Below the pieces are notes generated by a model. The model worked only from the letters and a program-made list of their open reading frames with translations, ran no database searches and was not told where the DNA came from. From assembly GCA_964035545.1 (NCBI GenBank), contig OZ037769.1, positions 13,608,633-13,672,632 of the forward strand: DNA of 64,000 nt, in the 5' to 3' direction. The position numbers were made by a program, and so were the translations under genes. How positions within the stretch are numbered: position 1 is the first letter of the stretch; every line of letters begins with the position of its first letter. Shown here piece after piece: positions 42,301 to 53,900 of the stretch. The DNA is from Bugula neritina. Its lineage: Eukaryota; Animalia; Bryozoa.

Positions 42301-45300
42301 AGGATTGACAATCCCACTAGGAGAGATTGCAATTGGTATCTCCACTAGAGGATATTGCAATTGTATATTTATAAGGATGAATGTGCATATAGTATGACCA
42401 ATCTTACTAGGAAAACCTCTAATTAACAATTCCCTTTAGAAAAAGCCAATTCCTATCTCTGCTGGTAAAATAAGCAATTTTCCAAACAATAAATCCCAGT
42501 TACAGTGATTATCAAAGCTATAACCATATTTATTGCTATGCTCTATCAAGTATGAACATTTGCATCTATATGTTCAAACTCTGTACTCCTGCCAGGTTTT
42601 AATTATATGATGTTCATAATTATTTCATGTGAAAGTTTGAAGTTGTCCCTGACTGGTTGGCATCTATACTAGGAGAAATTGCAATTAGCGTCTCTCCTAG
42701 GCTGATTTGGCATATTTGCTAGGAGAATTGTTAATCCCACTAGGAGTGATTGCAATTAGCATCTCTCCTAGGCTGATTTGGCATATTTGCTAGGAGGATT
42801 GACAATACCACTAGGAGAGATTGCAATTAGCATCTCTCCTAGGCTAATTTGGCATATTTGCTAGGAGGATTGACAATACCACTAGGAGAGATTGCAATTG
42901 GTATCTCCACTAGAGGATATTGCAATTGTATATTTATAAGGATGAATTTGCATATAGTATGACCAATCTTACTAGGAAAACCTCTAATCAACAATTCCTT
43001 TTAGAAAAAGCCAATTCCTATCTCTGCTGGTAAAATAAGCAATTTTCCAAACAATAAATCCCAGTTACAGTGATTATCAAAGCTATAACCATATTTATTG
43101 CTATGCTCTATCAAGTATGAACATTTGCATTTATATGTTCAAACTCTGTACTCCTGCCAGGTTTTAATTATATGATGTTCATAATTATTTCATGTGAAAG
43201 TTTGAAGTTGTCCCTGACCAATAAATATTATCAAAAATAATAAATATAAGTAATAAGTAGTGAAAGGCTCTGAAAGAATAAATAATCAGTTTGAATTTGT
43301 CCCTGACTGGTTCGCATCTATACTAGGAGAGATTGCAATTAGCATCTCTCCTAGGCTGATTTGGCATATTTGCTAGGAAGATTGACAATCCCACTAGGAG
43401 AGATTGCAATTGGTATCTCCACTAGAGGATATTGCAATTGTATATTTATAAGGATTAATGTGCATATAGTATGACCAATCTTACTAGGAAAACCTCTAAT
43501 TAACAATTCCCTTTAGAAAAAGCCAATTCCTATCTCTGCTGGTAAAATAAGCAATTTTCCAAACAATAAATCCCAGTTACAGTGATTATCAAAGCTATAA
43601 CCATATTTATTGCTATGCTCTATCAAGTATGAACATTTGCATCTATATGTTCAAACTCTGTACTCCTACCAGGTTTTAATTATATGATGTTCATAATTAT
43701 TTCATGTGAAAGTTTGAAGTTGTTCCTAACTAGGTGATAGCTATTCTAAGAGAGATTGCAATTAACATCTTCACTAGGAGAGATTCAAATTAGCATCTCT
43801 CCTAGGCAGATTCGGCATATTTGCTAGGAGGATTGACAATTCCACTAGGAGAGATTGCAATTGGTATCTCCACTAGAGGATATTGCAATTGTATATTTAT
43901 AAGGATGAATGTGCATATAGTATGACCAATCTTACTAGGAAAACCTCTAATCAACAATTCCCTTTAGAAAAAGCCAATTCTTATCTCTGCTGGTAAAATA
44001 AGCAATTTTCCAAACAATAAATCCCAGTTACAGTGATTATCAAAGCTATAACCATATTTATTGCTATGCTCTATCAAGTATGAACATTTGCATCTATATG
44101 TTCAAACTCTGTACTCCTGCCAGGTTTTAATTATATGATGTTCATAATTATTTCATGTGAGAGTTTGAAGTTGTCCCTGACTGGTTGGCATCTATACTAG
44201 GAGAGATTGCAATTAGCATCTCTCCTAGGCTGATTTGGCATATTTGCTAGGAGAATTGCCAATCCCACTAGGAGAGATTGCAATTAGCATCTCTCCTAGG
44301 CTGATTTGGCATATTTGCTAGGAGGATTGACAATCCCACTAGGAGAGATTGCAATTGGTATATCCACTAGAGGATATTGCAATTGTATATTTATAAGGAT
44401 GAATGTGCATATAGTATGACCAATCCTACTAGGAAAACCTCTAATTAACAATTGCCTTTAGAAAAAGCCAATTCCTATATCTGCTGGGAAAGTAAGCAAT
44501 TTTCCAAACAATAAATCCCAGTTACAGTGATTATCAAAGCTATAACCATATTTATTGCTATGCTCTATCAAGTATGAACATTTGCATCTATATGTTCAAA
44601 CTCTGTACTCCTACCAGGTTTTAATTATATGATGTTCATAATTATTTCATGTGAAAGTTTGAAGTTGTTCCTAACTAGTTGATAGCTATTCTAAGAGAGA
44701 TTGCAATTAACATCTTCACTAGGGGAGATTCAAATTAGCATCTCTCTTAGGCAGATTTGGCATATTTGCTAGGAGAATTGCCAATCCCACTAGGAGAGAT
44801 TGCAATTAGCATCTCTCCTAGGCTGATTTGGCATATTTGCTAGGAGGATTGACAATCCCACTAGGAGAGATTGCAATTGGTATCTCCACTAGAGGATATT
44901 GCAATTGTATATTTATAAGGATGAATGTGCATATAGTATGACCAATCCTACTAGGAAAACCTCTAATTAACAATTCCCTTTAGAAAAAGCCAATTCCTAT
45001 ATCTGCTGGTAAAATAAGCAATTTTCCAAACAATAAATCCCAGTTACAGTGATTATCAAAGCTATAACCATATTTATTGCTATGCTCTATCAAGTATGAA
45101 CATTTGCATCTATATGTTCAAACTCTGTACTCCTGCCAGGTTTTAATTATATGATGTTCATAATTATTTCATGTGAAAGTTTGAACTTGTCCCTGACTGG
45201 TTGGCATCTATACTAGGAGAGATTGCAATTAGCATCTCTCCTAGGCTGATTTGGCATATTTGCTAGGAGAATTGCCAATCCCACTAGGAGAGATTGCAAT

Positions 45301-48300
45301 TAGCATCTCTCCTAGGCTGATTTGGCATATTTGTTAGGAGGATTGACAATCCCACTAGGAGAGATTGCAATTGGTATCTCCACTAGAGGATATTGCAATT
45401 GTATATTTATAAGGATGAATGTGCATATAGTATGACCAATCCTACTAGGAAAACCTCTAATTAACAATTCCCTTTAGAAAAAGCCAATTCCTATATCTGC
45501 TGGGAAAGTAAGCAATTTTCCAAACAATAAATTCCAGTTACAGTGATTATCAAAGCTATAACCATATTTATTGCTATGCTCTATCAAGTATGAACATTTG
45601 CATCTATATGTTCAAACTCTGTACTCCTACCAGGTTTTAATTATATGATGTTCATAATTATTTCATGTGAAAGTTTGAAGTTGTTCCTAACTAGTTGATA
45701 GCTATTCTAAGAGAGATTGCAATTAACATCTTCACTAGGAGAGATTCAAATTAGCATCTCTCCTAGGCAGATTTGGCATATTTGCTAGGAGAATTGCCAA
45801 TCCCACTAGGAGAGGTTGCAATTAGCATCTCTCCTAGGCTGATTTGGCATATTTGCTAGGAGAATTGCCAATCCCACTAGGAGTGATTGCAATTAGCATC
45901 TCTCCTAGGCTGATTTGGCATATTCGCTAGGAGAATTGCCAATCCTTCTAGGAGAGATTGCAATTAGCATCTCTCCTAGGCTAATTTGGCATATTTGCTA
46001 GGAGGATTGACAATCCCACTAGGAGAGATTGCAATTGGTATCTCCACTAGAGGATATTGCAATTGTATATTTATAAGGATGAATGTGCATATAGTATGAC
46101 CAATCCTACTAGGAAAACCTCTAATTAACAATTCCCTTTAGAAAAAGCCAATTCCTATATCTGCTGGTAAAATAAGCAATTATCCAAACAATAAATCCCA
46201 GTTACAGTGATTATCAAAGCTATAACCATATTTATTGCTATGCTCTATCAAGTATGAACATTTGCATCTATATGTTCAAACTCTGTACTCCTGCCAGGTT
46301 TTAATTATATGATGTTCATAATTATTTCATGTGAAAGTTTGAACTTGTCCCTGACTGGTTGGCATCTATACTAGGAGAGATTGCAATTAGCATCTCTCCT
46401 AGGCTGATTTGGCATATTTGCTAGGAGAATTGCCAATCCCACTAGGAGAGATTGCAATTAGCATCTCTCCTAGGCTGATTTGGCATATTTGTTAGGAGGA
46501 TTGACAATCCCACTAGGAGAGATTGCAATTGGTATCTCCACTAGAGGATATTGCAATTGTATATTTATAAGGATGAATGTGCATATAGTATGACCAATCC
46601 TACTAGGAAAACCTCTAATTAACAATTCCCTTTAGAAAAAGCCAATTCCTATATCTGCTGGGAAAGTAAGCAATTTTCCAAACAATAAATTCCAGTTACA
46701 GTGATTATCAAAGCTATAACCATATTTATTGCTATGCTCTATCAAGTATGAACATTTGCATCTATATGTTCAAACTCTGTACTCCTACCAGGTTTTAATT
46801 ATATGATGTTCATAATTATTTCATGTGAAAGTTTGAAGTTGTTCCTAACTAGTTGATAGCTATTCTAAGAGAGATTGCAATTAACATCTTCACTAGGAGA
46901 GATTCAAATTAGCATCTCTCCTAGGCAGATTTGGCATATTTGCTAGGAGAATTGCCAATCCCACTAGGAGAGGTTGCAATTAGCATCTCTCCTAGGCTGA
47001 TTTGGCATATTTGCTAGGAGAATTGCCAATCCCACTAGGAGTGATTGCAATTAGCATCTCTCCTAGGCTGATTTGGCATATTCGCTAGGAGAATTGCCAA
47101 TCCTTCTAGGAGAGATTGCAATTAGCATCTCTCCTAGGCTAATTTGGCATATTTGCTAGGAGGATTGACAATCCCACTAGGAGAGATTGCAATTGGTATC
47201 TCCACTAGGTATTCAGTTTTACCTCTCATTTTCATAGTCCGCCTGTTGTTAATCATAAATCCACTAAAATTTCAGCTTTTGTTTGGCTAATAATGTTAAA
47301 TTTGTGATATTTAATTATTTTTCAATACAAAACTTTGCTATCGCACCACTATGATGTTCAGCTAGTAACAACTTTACTACTAAGCTACCGTTGCTAAGCA
47401 ACTATACACTACTACTGCGTTTGGCGACAAAGAGGTGAGATGGTTGTTCGTTTGGCATTTGTCAGACCCAACGAGTGCACTTTGTCATGTCTGGATAAGC
47501 TATAATTGCTATGCTCTTTTCAAGTTTGAACATTTGCAGTACTATTAAACTAAATGTACTTCTGTAAATTCCGATAACCTCAGGCAAGTTTATAGTCACC
47601 ATCCCTGCGAGAATCCCCTTATGGAAAGGGGTTTTGTTAAATCAGGCTAAGGACTTTTTCTTATGTGGCACAGGAGCAATTATGACTGGATGCTCTTCCT
47701 GACATCACCGATGGCCTTTGTCAGGGTTCAAACCTTTAACTTTGTGTTTACTAGGCAAACACTTTAACCCCTAGACCACTGCTGCTCCCTAACCGTAAAT
47801 TCTAATGTTATAGATAAAAAATATCCGAACTATTTTCTCTCATGTATGCTTCTACTTATAGCAACGGCTACAGTTATCTGAAAACATTTTTCATTTTAAA
47901 TCCAGCTCAGTGTGATTACACACTATCTTCATGACCATAAAAGTTTTTGAGAATAATATGTTATAAAAACATTTTCTCTTGCAGATATAACAATGAGTGG
48001 ATGATTGTGGACTATAATAAGTTTACACCTGGCCAACAGAAGTTGAACCCAGGTCTGCTCGTTGTCCTGGAACAGATCCCGTGAGTCATGCCTGCTGCCA
48101 TTAGTTGCAAAGTCAGCCTCACATGAAACGAACTAATATTTGCTTTTATCTCTATCACATTTGTTACATTTAAAAATTTTCTCACTTCGTTATCATAATT
48201 ACTTATACTTCTGTATTGCTAGACTTTATTGAAAAGGTTGATAATACTGTAATGTTTGTTACTTTGGCTGCTGCCATAGTTGTTGTTTATTGCTGCTGTA

Positions 48301-50448
48301 TATGATGCAACTTTGCTGTTTGTAAAAGCATGTTTATTGATAATTTATGTTACCCTTGCTGCCATAGTTGTTTATTGCAGCCGTAGCCTGTGTATTTGAT
48401 GCTCTGTTACTATTTGTAGAAACATGGTTGTATATTCAGATCTGACGGATGTTTTAGCGCAGCAGACGTATTGGGCGAGTTACAATTCACCGTGAGTGTT
48501 TTCTGCACATGCTCAATGGCTCGTTTAGTCTATTCTGTTCTATACATGTGTGTATCTACTGTAATAGTAGTATAGTTCACCACACGCATATTAATATCTA
48601 AATTATTTATCTGTATTATTACCTACTGCTATCTCAGACTAATCTTAATTTGTTCCTTATCTTTATTTACAGATACTATGGTGAGATATTTAACGCTAGT
48701 GGTGCCCAGGCACTGGTGGACAAGTATGGTGATTGGTTCACTTATGATAAAACTCCTAGGGCTCAGATATTTAAGAGAGACCATGCTAAGGTTGTCGATA
48801 TGAAGTCAATGCAAGCCCTAATGAGGTGGGTGTGTCACGTGTCAAGGTCAAATGCTGATTGTCATGTGATAGTCTTGAAATTAAATAAATACAGGCATTG
48901 CTGGAGGATAACATTTATTTATATTTTGACAAAGAAAATTTTTAGGAATGCTTTTGGAATTTTCTTTGGTAACTGTTATAATGTCTTACGTGGCTAAATA
49001 GTAAATGTATCCCATATTTTTCTGGTTTGTTTCACATTTAGAAGTTATCTTCTTATTGTATTAAATTTAGACAAGTCATTAAACATTCGCAACAAAAGTT
49101 ACTGCTAGCAAACTATATAAGTCTAATTTAATTTACTCTTTTTCAGGATATAAAAGAAATAACCAGCTCCTCTGCTTACAAATATTTTACTATGGGTGGG
49201 AAGTAGTAACTATAAAGTATGAGTTGATATTTGAGTTAGTAATAAAATAAATTCTATACGGTGACTAGTTTAGTAAATTTATCTACCAGGGGCCGTGTCA
49301 AATTCACCTGCTTAAAACTGAAAGCTAGAAGTGTAATTTCTCCCATATTCAGTGTTGTGTCTTCTCTTCAATTTTTTTTTCAAATTTAGGGGGTAGAGTC
49401 AATTTACTAGTTATCAATTGTTCCATTTCTTTGCTCATAAGTTGTCTTCACTATTTTCAAATATCTCTCTTACAACAGAAAATAAAATAGTTTTGTGCTG
49501 TAACTTGTTTCCCTAGATACAATGACTACCAGCACGATGAGCTCTCCAAGTGCAACTGCACTCCACCATACAGTGCAGAGAATGCCATCTCCGCCAGGAG
49601 TGACCTTAACCCCGAGTATGGCACCTACCCCTTCTCTGCCTTGGGTCACAGGAGTCACGGTGGAACTGACATGAAGGTAAATCTAATTCATGTAATTCTG
49701 TAAAACTAATTATTTTAAACATTGGTTAGTTTATCGGGTCGTCTCACTACCTATTCTTCAGGTAGCCTAGTTTTCTAAAACAAGATCTCAGCTTTAAGTC
49801 TTTGCATACCTATTCTGTAGATAGTCACTTTTTTTTCAATTAAGTTGTAAGTCTTTCTGAAATTACTGTCTCCTTGAAGCCAGAAAATAGCCACAGAAAG
49901 TTTAACTTTAAAATCAACTTTTAATTCGCTTTAATAATGTAATTAAGTTGGTTTCTGCTAGCAAACAAATTTTAGCTTACATCCGTTTTGAGAATTTTAA
50001 CAGGTCAACATCTATATAATTTCGTTTCGATATATATATGATTTAATATACTCTGTTTAAAGAGTTGATTTTCATTCTAAATACATTTTCCACACAAGGG
50101 GAGATAAGTCACATCACAAGCTCGAGTCCCACCATAGACCAGATGGGGTTTTTCTTGCATAGTAAATAGAATAATATGTGGTGGTATTCAAATGACACTA
50201 ATACTCCCTCATCCATAGGTTAGACAAGTGTATCAGTCTGCTACAGCTATATATTATCTAATATCTCTTCGATATTACAGCTGGTCAACTATAAAATGGT
50301 GCACCAGTTCATGATACTGGCCCAGTCTGGACCAACACACACCAATCAGCCTCCATTCTCATGGAAGACATCAGATTTCGCAGATACTGTTCGTCATGAA
50401 GGTCACCCTGATGTCTTCGACTTTGAAGCTCTCACCACCAACTGGTGA
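36352..50448 (+). CDS. PLBD2: Phospholipase B-like 2, lysosomal Ntn-hydrolase (~578 aa, 12 coding exons)
   Basis: Exons 36352-36608, 37030-37158, 37567-37693, 37965-38059, 38678-38895, 39239-39339, 39547-39707, 47985-48080, 48420-48491, 48673-48825, 49517-49676, 50281-50448; 1737 nt. Signal peptide, QAYAAGLAEG, GSGS/CSALIKLLP (nucleophile Cys 38769-71), FSSYPG, SGDDFY, NSGTYNNEWMIVDY, YWASYN, TPRAQIFKRD, ENAISARSDLN, HGGTDMK. Confidence 0.95.
40005..47207. repeat. 7.2-kb complex satellite array in PLBD2 intron 7 (13 full units plus a truncated one, ~451-664 bp each)
   Basis: Constant block (ggatgaatgtgcatatagtatgacc..., minor variants) recurs at ~40325, 40908, 41402, 41853, 42375, 42940, 43452, 43903, 44397, 44919, 45413, 46077, 46571, with 1-4 copies of a 71-bp subrepeat per unit. 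Confidence 0.97.
47579..47789 (-). mobile_element. tRNA-Thr(AGT)-derived SINE, copy 5
   Basis: Reverse complement of the family; TSD-like gtaaattc. Confidence 0.85.
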
Positions 50449-50943
50449 TTGGCTGAAGTGCCCTAATGTCATATCAACATTACTTAGTCACCTGTACTTA
50501 TATATTGTAGTACAATAGTTCATTAAAAGTTGTTGAATGTTAGTTTCGGCAGGACTTTTATTGTTTGTGGCAAGTTTAAAGATGATTTATGGATAATTTT
50601 GGAACTGTTATGCATTCCACATTTATAAATACATCATGCATTTTATTTATGTTGCAGCTCAATTATACTATTTTATTTGTATGCTTCTACAGATATTCTA
50701 TAATTATTCATTATATTTGTTTAATTTTTTCAAAAACAATAAATTTTTGTGAAATAATAACTTGTGAAACATTAAATGGCATGTGACAATTCCTAACACA
50801 TAACTTGGTATCAACATAAAAATATAAGAGATTTATTTATAAAATAAAAAATTAATTGTAAGGGTTGTAAAAATAGAAACTGGATATAAAATAAAAATAG
50901 AGAAGATGATATAAAAAGGCACAGCAACTGAAGGATGTGAACA

Positions 50944-53900
50944 TCAGTCGGAGTCGATGGTGATGATCTCAAAGTTGGCAGAAGACGAACTCGTCAATGT
51001 TGGCAATTTTCGAGTTCTTTTCTTGGCAGCAGCATTAAACATTTCAATGAGAGGCTGACCTAAAGTTCCGGATTTCCTTTTCACAGATCTCTTATTTTTC
51101 TGGGGAGGTTTTCGAGCGGTTGACTTGTGCACAGGACTGTGTGACAGACAGATTACGTCCCCGTCACTTGATTCATCAAACTCGTCCCAAACTGACCTTG
51201 TGTTGGCAAAGTAACTTTCCACGGGTCGGTTCTTGGAATGCGTCGACTCAGAACCCGCCAGGCTAGAACTCTCGTCCTTAGCCCAAGGATCCAATGCTCC
51301 GGACTCGCTGCTACGGTAGAAGTCCAGAGGCCCGTACTTGGTTGCTGTTTTGACAGTAGAATCTGATGGAATTGTAGCTCCAGATGTGTCTGTTGAATCA
51401 GCCAGGGTTGACCACGGGTCGGTGTTGGACGCCCCTTCTAATAGCTCAATGATCTTTCCTGTTTTCCGAGTAGTGACATCACCAACTTCATCCCATACGC
51501 TAGAAAGCTTCGTGGACACATTTCTTCCTGCATTAGAAATATTAGAAGTTGTGCCGATTGGTTTATCGGTAGACATGTAGGCTAATAGCCCGAGTGGCTC
51601 GTTGCAGTTCTGATTGACTTTTTCATTCTTATCCTCTGCTTCTATCTTGTCAAGGAATGAGATTCTTTTATCACTTGGAGTTGAGTTTGTGTCTCGTATT
51701 ACTTTCAGTTTTTGCTGTTTAGAATCTGAAGTTGTAAAGTTGGACATCCTCACCCCTGTGAACAGAGTAATGTTTGTCACAACTATCTCACCAATTCATA
51801 AAATATATAAGGATTGCCTAAAAATACTTGAAAAAGGAAAGTAAACATTCATTTTTAGTACATATTGTTCGATTGACAACGAATCAATTTAAACTTGAAA
51901 TTTGTTTGACTTTTCAAACTTTTGTACCTTGACACAAAGCGAAAATTTTTTACTAGCAAATACTAGCCAATCAGATTGTTACACTTCAAACTAACACCTA
52001 TAGACCCATTTCTCAACAGTTAGAGTAAAACTTCTAGTGGTACACCCAATAATTCATGCTGAAACTTCATGATGTAATTTTTTTTAAACATACTGTTAGT
52101 TCAACATCATGAGACACCTGCAGATTAGGGTCTAGAGAAAAACTTTACCCATAAGTCTGAGCTTCAGAGGTTTAGATGAGCAGTTTTTCATTTCAGTAGT
52201 GAGAAGCTGATTGGCTACATTGTAGATATCTTCACCGTCATTGGTCGCTGTTGGGAGTGACTGACTCCTAGTCTTCACCTCAAATGTGACCAGCTTAATT
52301 TTTAGTGTGACTGTTTTACCCTGCAATCATTAGAAAACACACTCAACTACAGTTCATTAGTTTCGCGTATAATGAGATGAGAATATCGCACACTAAAATT
52401 TCTATTCATTGCATTGGTGGCTGAAAAGTTTCAATAAAAAGACAAGACAATTTTTCAAATCCACGCTTTCCAAATCCAGTGGACATTATTAATTTTCTGA
52501 TGGAGACAATCAAAAGTTGGGGCACATTTCTGGCCTACCTGAAGATTCTTAGCAGATTTAAGATCCTCAGCTAACTCCAGGCTAAGCTCACGACACAACG
52601 TCCTCAGCTGATCTGGGTCACTCATGCCACGGAAAGTTCTAGAAGAATCAATTATATTAATATCATACTGTATAGTTTAATATTCATAGTAACACACTGA
52701 GTGTAGAAAAACAGTTGATAAAGCTGAATACAGTAAGCATGCAACTAAGCTTATGGTAGATGTCATACATACTACATAGATTGCATTATGTAAAATAACA
52801 GTAATATATAATAAACAACATAAATATACAATAAATAATAAAATAATACACAAGTAAAAGTTCCATATATAAAAAATATAATATATATAAGTATATAATA
52901 TAATGTAATATATAAGTATATAATATAATATAATGTATAAGTATATAATATAATATATCAGTATATAATATAATATAATGTATATAATATAATGTGTAAG
53001 TGTATAATATAATATACCAGTATATAATATAATATAATGTATATAATATAACATGTAAGTATATAATATAATATACCAGTATATATTTTAATGTAATATA
53101 TAACGTCTATTCAGCAGAATGAGGTTTTGCCTTGTAGAGTTCAACAAAGAGTATATAACTCACCTTTCCACACTCTTGCTCTTTGGTCCCTCTTCATTTC
53201 TACAACATAAAGATTCTCAGGGAATACACACCATTGTCCATATATTCCTGCTGCTTATACTACACGGGAACACTATATCATTATTAACTGGTGTCCATCA
53301 GTTTTGTTATTCCAGCTATAAAGTTGTCTCCTCATTATCTGCATACAATATGCTTACTTTACAAGACGGATCAGCTAAACTGCTAACAGTTGCTATAGAT
53401 ACTCTCTACTCTAGTTTCTATACTCTATTTTACACTCCACAGTTTATACTCTAGAGTCTAGAGTCTATACTCTATAATTTACAATCAAGAGTTTATATTC
53501 TTCAATCTATAGTCTAAAGTTTATATTCTAGTCTATATTCTAGAGTCTACACTATACACTCGACAGTCTATTTTCTTTTTTTATATTCTAAAATTTATTC
53601 TCTTGAGTCTACTCTACAATCTACAAGTTGCAGCATACACTCTATACTCTATAGTATATATTCTATATTCTACAGTATATTTTAGATCACTCTATACTCT
53701 GCAGTTTATACTTAACAATTTATAATCTACAATATACTGTCTATATTATACAGTCTACATTCTATACTCTACACTCTATAGTCTATATTATACGCTATAT
53801 TTCCTATACTCCATTTTATACTCCACAGCTTATACTCTAAGGTCTAAACTTTACATTAGCCTATACTCTATACTCTATAGTCTATAGTCTACAATCTATA

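Noticed and set aside
40005-47207. CRISPR-like array of palindromic repeats
   Set aside because: The intervening sequences are themselves repeated rather than unique spacers, there are no cas genes, and it lies in a eukaryotic intron
50449-50943. Overlapping antisense 3' UTRs of PLBD2 and POLK
   Set aside because: Each gene has an AATAAA (plus strand 50738; minus strand ~50832-37) that allows non-overlapping ends; overlap cannot be shown from sequence alone
50944-51780. Independent 278-aa gene
   Set aside because: It is the last POLK exon, joined in phase to LRLMG via the acceptor at 51756
52677-53454. ORFs of 125 and 111 aa
   Set aside because: Low-complexity intron sequence, or antisense to a POLK microexon
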